Source: an uncultured Nitrososphaeraceae archaeon (lineage in GTDB: Archaea; Thermoproteota; Nitrososphaeria; Nitrososphaerales; Nitrososphaeraceae). From it: DNA of 64,000 nucleotides. Of the stretch, positions 1 through 10,053 are shown piece after piece (positions within the stretch are counted from its first letter, which is position 1; each line of letters starts with the position of its first letter). Position numbers and translations under genes: made by a program. The notes under the pieces were generated by a model, which saw only the letters and a program-made list of their open reading frames with translations, had not been told where the DNA came from and searched no databases. The stretch spans positions 384,001 to 448,000 of the forward strand of contig CAVZZA010000003.1 of the NCBI GenBank assembly GCA_963779615.1, given 5' to 3'.

Positions 1-175
1 CCAAAGTAAAACCAGAACTTTTCAAATCATTCATAATACTATTAAACTCAGAGGGTCCTGTGATATCTACAGGAAGTCTAAAGATTCCAACTTTAGAGCC
101 ATGAGTAGGATATATACCTCTTTTTGCAACCTCAGAAAGCATTACCCAGACTTTATCTGAAAGCAAGAAAGACAT
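1..175 (-). CDS. Hypothetical protein, 5' part only (runs off window start)
   Basis: ATG at 175-173 opens MSFLLSDKVWVMLSEVAKRGIYPTHGSKVGIF... with no stop before position 1; translated by eye. Confidence 0.5.
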   Translation of the reverse strand, partial: MSFLLSDKVWVMLSEVAKRGIYPTHGSKVGIFRLPVDITGPSEFNSIMNDLKSSGFTL

Positions 176-924
176 TTATAATATTGTTTTGAGGTTGAGT
201 ATATTAAAATGTATTTATACATGATTTTTTAAGACGCTGTTAAATTGTAATTGAATATTAATTTGAATTGCCTGTAATATTTTGCATATTCTCCAATAAT
301 ATATCTTCTGATTATATTGGCAATAAAGGCATTGGAGAAATCCTCATTGCCACGCTTTTGTTTTTTGAAGGAGCGGATGCAGTCACCAAACAATTTGCGA
401 ATTAATACATCGTGATGTGAAGAAAAAAACAAGAATATTCAGCAATTATTAAAACAGGCCAGTCTTTATGAGAACCCACTTTTTTCACTTGAAAAAGATG
501 GATAACGGACAAAAAAAAAGACAAGTGATTTAATAAATTACAAATAACCACAGGTTAACCCCAAATGAGGTATAGAAAGATTAGCTCCGATGATTGCCAT
601 TTACAGATACGGCAACTACCCGAAAAACAACACAACGTTAATAAAAATGAAATACCTTTCACAGGTTAATGTTATTGAATTCCTATTCTGCATAACAACA
701 TTTTTTCCATAGTATTGTCAAAAACGGACTGTTTCAACACAACAATTTCAAACCACATAAAATAAACAACAATGAGGTGAAAAAGACATGGTAGCAAATA
801 TTGATTTTGCATGTTATAGACACGGACCAAACTGACTTACTATAATTTGATTTTTGGTTTTACTGCATCAATATATCCAATATCACCTTGTCCCTCCATA
901 TAGCACCTTTGTGTTTCGTAAAAA

Positions 925-1272
925 CTAATCATCAGGACAAGTTATTTCTTGAATTTCACGATATCGCTTTTCCATAACTTGTGCGTTGTTTTCCACTTCT
1001 TGCATTGAAAATTTATTTTTTGGATAATACCATCTGATATTTACTTTATGACCTCTTCCATCCATATCATAAACCACACCTTTATCCGACAAGACATTTT
1101 TTTCCGAGTCATTTGTTTTTTCTTTAACTTCTAATCCACGTTTTGTTTTATCCTCTAATACCCAATTATTAGCATCTTCAAACATAAAATAGAATTTTCC
1201 TTTTTTGAGTAAAGACAAAGAGGGAGAAGGAGAAGGAGGAGAGGCAGATGTTTGAGAATTGGCAAAGTCCAT
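925..1272 (-). CDS. Hypothetical protein co-oriented with the sulfurtransferase (true start may be downstream)
   Basis: 115-aa ORF beginning 14 bp after the sulfurtransferase stop. Confidence 0.65.
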   Translation of the reverse strand: MDFANSQTSASPPSPSPSLSLLKKGKFYFMFEDANNWVLEDKTKRGLEVKEKTNDSEKNVLSDKGVVYDMDGRGHKVNIRWYYPKNKFSMQEVENNAQVMEKRYREIQEITCPDD

Positions 1273-1285
1273 TCAATAAACCACC

Positions 1286-2134
1286 TTATTTTTCTATTGG
1301 GTTTCCGATCATATTGCCCCACTCTGTCCAGGAGCCATCATAATTTTGTACAGATGGATATCCCAAAAGATATTTAAGTACAAACCACGAATGAGATGAA
1401 CGCTCGCCAATCCTACAATAGCATATTATATCTTTATCAGGAGTGATACCGAGGTTTCCGTATAGCGATTCCAATTCTTCAACGGACTTGAAAGTACCGT
1501 CTTCTTTTATGGCCTGAATCCAAGGAATATTTTTTGCCCCGGGAATATGTCCACCTCTTTGCGCATGTTCCATAGGATATTCAGGTGGTGCAGTTATCTC
1601 TCCATTAAACTCCTTTTGAGAGCGAACGTCTACTAATCCGACTTCAACCTTTTGGAAGGAACGTTTAACATCATCTAAATAAGCCCTTATGCCCTCATCT
1701 GGAGCAGCTGCAACATATTTTGAAGGTGTTGGTTGTGGCTCTTCCTTAGTATATTGTCGGTTTTCAGATTCCCACTTTTTTCTACCACCATTCATTATTC
1801 TGATTTTTTTATGGCCAAAATATTTGAAAACCCAAAAAGCAAACGCTGCAAACCAATTATTAAAATCACCATACAACACCAGTTCTGTTTCAGGAAGTAT
1901 GCCAATACGGGACATTAAGCTTTCGAATTGAGTTTTATTTATGATGTCACGGGTTGACAAGTCATTGATATCCTTTTTCCACCAAACCATATAAGACCCG
2001 GGAATATGACCTTCCTTATACGCATTTTCAACATCATAATCGACTTCAAGTATCTTTATAGACGGATTGTCAAGATTGTTATTTACCCATTCTGTATCAG
2101 CTAAAACATCCTGATTAGCATATTGCTTTGTCAT
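1286..2134 (-). CDS. Two-domain rhodanese / thiosulfate sulfurtransferase (CysA/SseA-like)
   Basis: GHIPG motif twice, active-site loop YCRIGERS, C-terminal YDGSWTEW rhodanese signature. Confidence 0.95.
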   Translation of the reverse strand: MTKQYANQDVLADTEWVNNNLDNPSIKILEVDYDVENAYKEGHIPGSYMVWWKKDINDLSTRDIINKTQFESLMSRIGILPETELVLYGDFNNWFAAFAFWVFKYFGHKKIRIMNGGRKKWESENRQYTKEEPQPTPSKYVAAAPDEGIRAYLDDVKRSFQKVEVGLVDVRSQKEFNGEITAPPEYPMEHAQRGGHIPGAKNIPWIQAIKEDGTFKSVEELESLYGNLGITPDKDIICYCRIGERSSHSWFVLKYLLGYPSVQNYDGSWTEWGNMIGNPIEK

Positions 2135-2253
2135 CGGTATTTAATATTTCAAACTAGATAATATATTTACCACATTGACTGTTAGTGGATGCAAAGATTA
2201 TTTAAAAACAATAAAATATGACAATATAACATGATTGATTTGATATTTTAATA

Positions 2254-2346
2254 GGGCCGGTAGTTTAGCCTGGTAGAATACCTGCCTTGCATGCGTATTT
2301 GCAGAGGACACGTGGGTGGTCGTGGGTTCGAATCCCACCCGGTCCA
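2254..2346 (+). tRNA. tRNA-Ala(TGC) with 19-nt BHB intron (2291-2309)
   Basis: Acceptor GGGCCGG/CCGGTCC with G3:U70 (Ala identity), T-arm GTGGG-TTCGAAT-CCCAC, anticodon loop CTTGCAC after splicing. Bulge-helix-bulge: CCTT/GAGG helix with GCA and ACA bulges. Confidence 0.93.
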
Positions 2347-2347
2347 T
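2332..2347 (+). repeat. attL (tRNA 3' end), ATCCCACCCGGTCCAT
   Basis: Exact 16-bp match to 41582-41597. Confidence 0.9.
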
Positions 2348-2398
2348 GTCATTTCTGTATGTTTTTTTAGTTCCATAACGCAATTACTGTTGCTAGAG

Positions 2399-3652
2399 AT
2401 GCAGTCCTATTCCCAACACCAAAGCGACCATGACTTTCAGAACCCGTATTTTAGGTTTATGTATGCCATAAAATCCCCTGAAACCAAGAAAAGATATCCT
2501 GACAGGTTTAAGGCATTTCTGGATTATGTTGGGATAAATGACACTGGTATCGAGGAAAGGCTAATTAACTTTTATAATGGAGCAATACAAAATCCTCAAT
2601 GGCTTCAGAGTTCTCTTATGAACTTTATAATATTTCAGAAAGAGCGGGTCATTAAAGGAGAAATAGAGGCTTCCACCATTTCCAACTATTACAAACCCAT
2701 TAAACTTTTTTGTGACGTGAATGACATTCTTATCAACTGGAAATTTTTGTCAAGAGGCATTCCAAAAGGAAAGCATGCCTCTGATGACAGGGCGCCCACT
2801 CTTGAAGAAATTCAACAATTGTTAAAGTATCCCGATATTCGAATAAAGCCTATCGTTTTATTCATGGTTTCTTCAGGAATAAGAATAGCTGCATGGGATT
2901 TTCTTAAATGGAAACACATCATCCCAATCGAAAATGATAATGGGATTCTAATAGCAGCCAAAGTGATTGTTTATGCAGGCGACCCTGAGCAATACTATTC
3001 TTTTATTACCTCTGAATCATATAACGCATTAAAAAACTGGATGCAATGTCGCGCTTCTTGTGGTGAGAAAATATCTGGAGAGAGCTGGGTCATGCGTGAT
3101 CTATGGAAGACTACAAACATGCCATTTGGTTCAAGATACGGATCAGCAACACAACCTCTTAAACTAAAAAATGAGGCGATTCGCACAATCCTATGCAGAG
3201 CACTTCTCCACCAGAATATAAGAGTCCAGTTAAAAGAGGGTAAAAAACGCCATGAGTTCAAAGCTGCCCATGGATTCCGAAAATACTTTAAAACCCAATG
3301 CGAGAATCTGATGAGGCCCGCCAACATAGAATTGCTGATGGGGCATAACATTGGAATATCAAAGTCCTACTACAAGCCCACAGAGAAAGAGATGCTAGAG
3401 GATTATCTCAAAGCAGCTGACTTGTTAACCATTAGCCAAGAGAACAAATTAAAAACACAGGTTAAAGAACTAACAAAGAAAAACAACGAGAAAGACTACA
3501 TGATAAACGTGGCCATGATGGAGAAGGACAGAGAGGTGGAAAACCTCAAAAAACAGGACAAGATAAAGGAGGAGGCATTGATAAAGCTGTCGGATCAGGT
3601 GATGCTACTTATGAAGGACATGCAGGGAATCAAATCCAATCAAAACATATGA
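2399..3652 (+). CDS. Tyrosine recombinase / integrase with C-terminal coiled coil
   Basis: Catalytic set SSGIR, HGFRK, LMGH, SKSYY. ATG 2399 chosen because the longer ORF overlaps the tRNA. Confidence 0.93.
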   Translation: MQSYSQHQSDHDFQNPYFRFMYAIKSPETKKRYPDRFKAFLDYVGINDTGIEERLINFYNGAIQNPQWLQSSLMNFIIFQKERVIKGEIEASTISNYYKPIKLFCDVNDILINWKFLSRGIPKGKHASDDRAPTLEEIQQLLKYPDIRIKPIVLFMVSSGIRIAAWDFLKWKHIIPIENDNGILIAAKVIVYAGDPEQYYSFITSESYNALKNWMQCRASCGEKISGESWVMRDLWKTTNMPFGSRYGSATQPLKLKNEAIRTILCRALLHQNIRVQLKEGKKRHEFKAAHGFRKYFKTQCENLMRPANIELLMGHNIGISKSYYKPTEKEMLEDYLKAADLLTISQENKLKTQVKELTKKNNEKDYMINVAMMEKDREVENLKKQDKIKEEALIKLSDQVMLLMKDMQGIKSNQNI

Positions 3653-3671
3653 ACATAAAGACAAATGATAG

Positions 3672-5735
3672 TTATATTATGACAAAATCGAATTTGTGAT
3701 TCCTGCATCTTTGACATTGGATATTTTTTGTGTAGCTGTACAAAGCAGCATGAGATTTACCATAAAACAAATACATGACATATATGATTGTTGGCACGGT
3801 AAAATAGGTATATTCATTAACGCAGTTTTCACAAGTTCCCTCTATTACTACCATATTGAATTTATCTCTATTACGGTATCTTTTATCTTCATATTTTGCA
3901 AAGTCATGCACCTTTCTTTCGATTAGCGTATTAAGGTGTGTTCTTATGTGGTTAAAGAACAATTCGCCGTTATGCGCATCTAGACTCATCATCGAGTCTT
4001 TCCATAAATCCATTAATTTTTCGTTTTTTAATTCACTATCCTCAGGCCTTGATAATATCAACCTTGTAAAAAAATCAGCACTGCTATAGACATCTTTGCT
4101 ATATAGAAAATAATCAATGTAATGTTTTACAAACTCGTTGAAGAGTTTTGATTCCTTGCAAGAATGAAAATATTTTTTACAAAATATGTCAAGAGAGAAT
4201 GGATGGTCCTCAAAATACAGGATCCATTCATTGTATATCTCATCACATGTCTTGTCGTTACATTGTTCACTTTGTGCTTTTGAGATTAATGCAACATTAC
4301 TACCCAATCTAGATAATTGATATTCTTCAATCATTAAATTTAATGTATTAGCTTTAACGGGTTTGAATACAACCAAGCCCAGAATTTTGAGACCATTCAG
4401 ATAGCCATCGAATTGATTGTTGTATTTGTTAATGTATTTTTGCGGCTCCTTTGTTGAATCAAAATAAAATGTTTCTGGTTCTTTTGTTAGGCAGTTTATT
4501 ATCATCTCTCTTTTCTTAAAAAACTTGTTTTTATTGCCATGTAAAAATTTCAGTATTGCTTGGTAGCGCTTTGATCTGTTAGTAAAATCGTTATCCCTAT
4601 TTCGCTCAAAAATTGTTCCAAATGTATCTAACTGGGATTCAAAAACTCTAATTCTAATGTCCCTCTTTTTTTTAACCCCGCTAGCAATGGTTTCTTTGAC
4701 AAATTTTGTTTTATTTATAAACTCAAAGTCCAACAATCCGGCAAGGCATTCAGGGTTACGGCATTTTACATCCATCAAATTGGTTTTCTCATTGGTTCCC
4801 GTTTTTGCGTATAGCAAAAAGTAGTCTTTCGTGCTTATTTTGCAAGGTGTATACCTGTTGCAACTCTTGCAATATCCCTCTAACACGGAAACATAAGGTT
4901 CTTGTCTTGCTTGGAATCGAAATTCTTCAAAGCCTTTCAAATCCCTGCTTTTTCTTTCATTTATCTCCTCCAGGCTTAATTTGAGATTGTAAAACAAAAC
5001 TTCATACTTTAACGGATATGTGTTATCCATGTCAACAAACGATTCACAAAGTTTTTGCCATGAATTCTTGCCCCATATTGGATTTGGGTTGTTGATTCGG
5101 TATATGAATAGCTCTTTATCAGCCGTTGCGGTTTCCAATAAGTCAATGAGAGCTTCCATCAGTTCCTTAAAAACAGGAGTGTTATGACATTTTTTAAGAA
5201 AAACGGAAAAAAACTTTGCTTGAGAATATTCCATTCCTTCGTAAAAGTCAATGATTTGTTGATAAAGATTTTGTGAAAATATGATCCTGCGATCCTTGTA
5301 AGACAGTAATAAGCCTATTAGCCTACCTAATTTAGCAAATGTGTATTCTTTTGTATTCTCTTTATTATGCGATATAACGTCCCTAGAAATAATCAAACCT
5401 AAATGTTCCAGATTCTCCAAGGCGTCCTTGATGCGATCTTTTATGTTAAATGCTCTGACATCGTGTTTGGTTTTACCTCTGTCACCACTATACAAATCAA
5501 TATAAACTTGACAATTGTGAATAACCCATTTTTCGCTAATTTCCATGACTTTAAAGTAATGATCCAAACCAATCGTTGTACAATACTTTAGGATTGATTG
5601 ATAGATAAGAGCATCATCAGTGTATTTTTTTTGTATGTGTTTTGTGGACTGAAAGGAATTGTATGACTGATCATCAAACTCTGCTACTTCTTTTTTTTCT
5701 ACCAATGAGTTAAACCCTATCTGATCATTTAGCAT
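3672..5735 (-). CDS. Hypothetical protein made of two homologous halves, each ending in Cys-pair (zinc-binding) motifs
   Basis: 687-aa ORF; YQSILKY..LGLI..EGYCKSC..CRNPEC mirrored by YQAILKF..LGLV..EGTCENC..CQRC. Confidence 0.8.
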   Translation of the reverse strand: MLNDQIGFNSLVEKKEVAEFDDQSYNSFQSTKHIQKKYTDDALIYQSILKYCTTIGLDHYFKVMEISEKWVIHNCQVYIDLYSGDRGKTKHDVRAFNIKDRIKDALENLEHLGLIISRDVISHNKENTKEYTFAKLGRLIGLLLSYKDRRIIFSQNLYQQIIDFYEGMEYSQAKFFSVFLKKCHNTPVFKELMEALIDLLETATADKELFIYRINNPNPIWGKNSWQKLCESFVDMDNTYPLKYEVLFYNLKLSLEEINERKSRDLKGFEEFRFQARQEPYVSVLEGYCKSCNRYTPCKISTKDYFLLYAKTGTNEKTNLMDVKCRNPECLAGLLDFEFINKTKFVKETIASGVKKKRDIRIRVFESQLDTFGTIFERNRDNDFTNRSKRYQAILKFLHGNKNKFFKKREMIINCLTKEPETFYFDSTKEPQKYINKYNNQFDGYLNGLKILGLVVFKPVKANTLNLMIEEYQLSRLGSNVALISKAQSEQCNDKTCDEIYNEWILYFEDHPFSLDIFCKKYFHSCKESKLFNEFVKHYIDYFLYSKDVYSSADFFTRLILSRPEDSELKNEKLMDLWKDSMMSLDAHNGELFFNHIRTHLNTLIERKVHDFAKYEDKRYRNRDKFNMVVIEGTCENCVNEYTYFTVPTIIYVMYLFYGKSHAALYSYTKNIQCQRCRNHKFDFVII

Positions 5736-5844
5736 TTAATATTATGATTGATGGTGAAGGTGGTAAAACATAAAAATTTTTTCAATGCATTAAAGTCTGT
5801 TTTAGGATTTTTCAATAATCATACTCCCATTAAATCTACTATCC

Positions 5845-6054
5845 ATGCTAGGATTAAGTAACATAATAAAAGCATTGGAAGGGGATGAGAGCATCCTCTT
5901 AATCCTTCCAAAAGACGCCTGTAGGGAATTAGACATAGCAAATCAGGACCTTCTAAAGTTTGAAATAAAGAACAGTGAGCTAATTATTAAAAAAATAGAC
6001 TTTGGAAATAGAAGAATCCTACCAATGACAACTGGAGGCCCAGACTTGATTTGA
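5845..6054 (+). CDS. AbrB/MazE/SpoVT-like DNA-binding protein
   Basis: LILPKDACRELDIANQDLLKFEIKNSELIIKK fits the swapped-hairpin pattern. Confidence 0.75.
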   Translation: MLGLSNIIKALEGDESILLILPKDACRELDIANQDLLKFEIKNSELIIKKIDFGNRRILPMTTGGPDLI

Positions 6055-6157
6055 TCATTAAAAATTCCGCAGATATCTTTTATTATAAGCGGTATAGAAC
6101 CTTGGTCCTCAATTTCCATTTCCACCATATCAAGACCATAGCAATAGGGAAAGGGCT

Positions 6158-6625
6158 ATGAGTTCTACAAATTCTCTCGATAATGCATCCAATCCTAATG
6201 ATGTTTGGAGTCCCGGATATTTGGCTGACAGCATCTTTGTCAGTCTGATGGAAAATGGATATGATGAGAATACAAAGTCCAATGAATATATCATTCAGTT
6301 TGTAGAGAAATTCAGATTCCTTAGAATTAGGTCTAATTCCACATTTTTTGAAATCAACACAAAAGATCTGGACAAAGACACAATATCACAAATCAATGAT
6401 TATGCAAAAGACTGTAGAACAAGGGAAGAAAGATATCACAGGTTAAATGGAGTTATTGTAGAGGCAATTGCGCTAATAGCCAAACAGGCAGAGCCTTTGA
6501 TTTTATCATCCATCGCAAATGAAGAACTAATATGGACTAAAACTTCTCTCTATCGGGTTAGAGAGACCCTCTCTCAGAAATGGAAGTTAGTAGGAGTTGA
6601 TAAAAATAATGAGCGAACCAATTGA
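6158..6625 (+). CDS. Hypothetical protein overlapping the rep start
   Basis: 155-aa ORF whose stop overlaps the next gene's start. Confidence 0.65.
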   Translation: MSSTNSLDNASNPNDVWSPGYLADSIFVSLMENGYDENTKSNEYIIQFVEKFRFLRIRSNSTFFEINTKDLDKDTISQINDYAKDCRTREERYHRLNGVIVEAIALIAKQAEPLILSSIANEELIWTKTSLYRVRETLSQKWKLVGVDKNNERTN

Positions 6626-8591
6626 TGATCTAATAGGTTACTTCCCTTCTTCTGATGACACTTCCCAAACAAAAGATAAAGATATTGCAATGTCCATTAC
6701 AAATACATCTAAACCCAAAAAAGAAAAAGAAGATTGGGAACCAATAAGAACCCAACCAGAAATATTAATGGAAATTGCTGAAAAGAGCATAGATGTTTTA
6801 TTCAAAGACCAACACAATGATGGCCTTGCCACTGTTTCCATAAATTCTCATTATGAAGTTGTTCCATTAACAAGCAGTAGATTCACAAGGCTTTTGGCAA
6901 AGACATACCATGACAATACCGGAAAATTTGCAAATAACGAATCCATAAAGAACGTTGTAAACACACTGCAAGCCAAGGCAGAATTTGGAGACACACAATA
7001 CCCGCTATCACTAAGGGTGGCCAAACATGAAGGGGACATATATTATGACTTAACTAATGAAAGGCATCAAGCAGTTAAAATATCACAAAATGGAAGATGG
7101 GAAGTGATAGACAAGACACCTGTGCCACTATTTAGTAGATACAACCAAACACCACAAGCCCTGCCATTTGCGGATCCCTTGTCAGATGATGAACAGGACC
7201 CTCTTGAAGACTTTCTTTCAAAACTGACAAACATCAAAGACGGGGAAACAAGGTTGCTTGTCAAGGTGGCGTTGATTTCTTGGTTTATCCCGGATATCCC
7301 CCACATACTTTTGATAGTTCATGGAGGAAAGGGAAGCGCCAAATCCATGTTTTTGACTTTGATCAAATCCCTTGTGGATCCCGCCAAACCCTCTCTCTTG
7401 ACCATACATGATGACAAATCAGAGTTTATTCAGCAACTTGCGCACAACTATTTGGCTGCCTATGACAACCTAAAATACAATCCAAGATGGCTTTCAGATG
7501 AAACTTGCAAAGCCATAACGGGAATAGGTCATACAAAAAGAGCACTATATACCAATGATGAAGACAAAATATACGAGTACAAGCGTTGTTTGATGTTCAA
7601 TGGAATTAACATCGCGTTTTCTGAATCGGACATTCTAGATAGAAGCATCCCTATCGAACTATGTGAAATAAAGCCGGAGCACAGAAGGACCGAAAACGAA
7701 ATACTTGAGGAGTATAACAAACTAAAACCGAAAATACTAAAACAAATTTTGGATACATTGGCAAAATCCATCACAATAAAAAAAGGTGTTAATGTAAAGA
7801 ACTTGCCAAGGATGGCCGACTCTGCCATATGGGGTGAGGCAATTTCGAGGGCCATGGGCTACAAGGAAAACGGGTTTCTTGACGCATATCATAACAACAT
7901 CAGGTTACAGAACGCCGAGGTAATTGACTCAAACCCTGTAGCGTTTGCGATAAAGAAGTTTGTTGAAAATGCAACAGCTTCTGATGATGGTGCCTTTAAC
8001 TTCAACTCCAACAATCCAATCTTTAAGGGCACACCCGCTGAATTGCTTGATAGACTAAATGAAGTGGCACTAGAGAACAAGATAAGCACTTACTCAAGGG
8101 AGTGGCCAAAGGACAAAAAATGGCTTGTGAGGAGGATAAAAGAGATAAAGCAAAACCTGCAACAGGATCTTGGCATTGATATAATAATAGAGAGAGACTC
8201 AAAAAACACCTCCATAGTAAAGATAGAGAAAAATGTCTCCAGTGACTCCGGTGAGCACAAAATGTCTCCGGAAAACGAGAGTTTAACTCCGTATTTGGAA
8301 GAAATGTCTCCGGAAAAAGACAGGATGTCTCCAGACAATCATGACGATACAAGCACAGAATCTATCAAGTCCGGAGACAATGGAGACAATGGAGACATTT
8401 CCCATATATCCATAGAGGGAGATGATAAAACTAAAGACAATGTAAAAGAAACCGAAGGGTCAGACATAGACCAAATGATAGGGTTTAGAGAGCCATTTCA
8501 TTACTGCAAGAAGCACCCCCACGTCCAAAACATACATCGGGAAGAGATAGAGCACCATATCCGATATTCCAAAGAACATGGTGGAAATTAG
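6609..8591 (+). CDS. Putative replication protein, SF3 (D5/P4-type) helicase-like ATPase
   Basis: Walker A variant HGGKGSAKS, Walker B AAYDNL, motif C LMFNGIN, DILDRS. The low-complexity tail encodes the DNA repeat and ends in a CxxH..HH motif. Confidence 0.8.
   Translation: MSEPIDDLIGYFPSSDDTSQTKDKDIAMSITNTSKPKKEKEDWEPIRTQPEILMEIAEKSIDVLFKDQHNDGLATVSINSHYEVVPLTSSRFTRLLAKTYHDNTGKFANNESIKNVVNTLQAKAEFGDTQYPLSLRVAKHEGDIYYDLTNERHQAVKISQNGRWEVIDKTPVPLFSRYNQTPQALPFADPLSDDEQDPLEDFLSKLTNIKDGETRLLVKVALISWFIPDIPHILLIVHGGKGSAKSMFLTLIKSLVDPAKPSLLTIHDDKSEFIQQLAHNYLAAYDNLKYNPRWLSDETCKAITGIGHTKRALYTNDEDKIYEYKRCLMFNGINIAFSESDILDRSIPIELCEIKPEHRRTENEILEEYNKLKPKILKQILDTLAKSITIKKGVNVKNLPRMADSAIWGEAISRAMGYKENGFLDAYHNNIRLQNAEVIDSNPVAFAIKKFVENATASDDGAFNFNSNNPIFKGTPAELLDRLNEVALENKISTYSREWPKDKKWLVRRIKEIKQNLQQDLGIDIIIERDSKNTSIVKIEKNVSSDSGEHKMSPENESLTPYLEEMSPEKDRMSPDNHDDTSTESIKSGDNGDNGDISHISIEGDDKTKDNVKETEGSDIDQMIGFREPFHYCKKHPHVQNIHREEIEHHIRYSKEHGGN
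8231..8400 (+). repeat. Iteron-rich quasi-palindrome R0 (inside rep; putative origin)
   Basis: Ends AAATGTCTCC...GGAGACATTT; several direct TGTCTCC units converge on three inverted GGAGACA units. Confidence 0.85.
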
Positions 8592-8620
8592 AAAACAAAG
8601 GTAGATGATGATGCTTATTT

Positions 8621-9580
8621 TTATCTTCCACTACTCATATGGAATATTTCATTCAAACTAACCGCTGAGCCTCCAGGGTGTGGACCACCGCCAATAACGT
8701 ATATCTTGTCACCGATGGAAGCAGCTGCAAGTCCATGCCTTGCTGTTGGCATAGGTGTCTCCATAGTCCATTTGTTGTTTGATGTATTGTATTTTTCGTT
8801 ATTGCTGAATGTGCCAGATGGTTGCTCGCCCCCAAACACATAGATGCTCCCGTTCACTGCCGCAGAGGCCAAGCCACCTCTTTTTGAGGGCATCGGCTCC
8901 AGCGTGGTCCATTTGTCTGTTGCTGGGTCATAGGCCTCATTGGCATTGACGTTATAGGACATCCCATTGCTTCTTCCGCCGATAACGAATAGTTTCCCGT
9001 CAACAACCGCAGAGGTGAGGTGTTCCCTTGCTGTCGACATGGGTGCTTTTTCTGCCCATTTGTCCGTAGCAGGATTGTATGCCAAAGTGCTTGCCAGTGT
9101 TTTTTCAGAATCCACTCCGCCAGCCACATACAAAGTCCCGTTGATAAAATTGGCTGTTAACGCGCCACGGGCAGACGGCAGGTTTGCCCCTTGGGTCCAT
9201 TGGTTTGTATGTGAGTCATAGATGAACAGTTTGTTTGACAAAGCGTTTCTGTCAAGGTAACCTCCTCCTACCACATACAGTTTTCCGTTGTAAGACGCAG
9301 CAGCAGTGTGGTCCAATGGTTGTGGCAATGGGGCCACGATTGACCATTTATTTGTAATGGGATCTTAAACTTCCACAGCAAAAGTAGGACTGCGACCGTT
9401 TTCAAAGCCACCAATAACATATATCTTGTTATTCAAAACGGCACTTGTGACTTCAGATCTGGCCGTTGGCATGGGTGCTCCATTAGTCCAATATGTTTCG
9501 GCAGATACGTATGATATATGAGAAATCAGCAACACAGGCAGAACCAAAAATAAAAGCAGAACACTCATTCTTAACATCAA
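8621..9580 (-). pseudogene. Secreted Kelch-repeat protein, frameshifted near 9362
   Basis: Signal peptide plus first Kelch blade in 9365-9580; the remaining GG..Y..W blades are in 8621-9337. Confidence 0.85.
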
Positions 9581-9635
9581 CTATTTTTCACCAAGCAATT
9601 ATAAAATAAAGTTACAGATTGATATAAAGATGGAG

Positions 9636-9750
9636 AATATCTCTCCGATGACTCCGGTATCTCCAGAGGAGCATAAATTGTAATCCAAAATCCGGACATA
9701 TTTTATTTCTTAATCAATTTGTCTCCGGTTTTGCAAAGTTATGTCCGGAA
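9636..9750 (+). repeat. Repeat R1 (right arm missing)
   Basis: CTCTCCGATGACTCCGGTATCTCC...CCGGACATA...TTGTCTCCGGTTTTGCAAAGTTATGTCCGGA matches R2-R5. Confidence 0.85.
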
Positions 9751-10053
9751 ATGAAAGAAAGAGTTAAGGATTATCTGTTGAAAATATCATATTGTGCTTA
9801 TCGCTATTGCATTGTTAATTGAAAGTTGTTGCTACTAGTCGTCAAGCCAAGTTGAAGGTCAAGGGTGTCCACGAGGTGGGGACACAGAGGAGACAGCGTT
9901 GTTTTACAGACCTTGCAGTATTTCTACCAAACTGCCCTTACCTTCAAAGGATACTATATATGCACGATTATATTTCTGGGTTGGTCCAAACCATATCATG
10001 ACAAACGAGATGCTTTCTGATTAGCAGGTGCGCTCCGAATTAAAAGAATACAT

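Noticed and set aside
480..860. Scattered ACGGAC-like words in AT-rich intergenic DNA as origin boxes
   Set aside because: Matches are short and irregularly spaced, and no cdc6/orc1 gene is adjacent.
2281..2316. tRNA-Val(GAC) by alternative intron placement
   Set aside because: The G3:U70 pair and the BHB geometry both favour Ala(TGC).
2291..2398. SSV1-type integrase split by att (the ORF is open through the tRNA)
   Set aside because: In the reconstructed attP the frame meets TAA at 41541-41543 with no start codon before the core, so no N-terminal fragment is evident.
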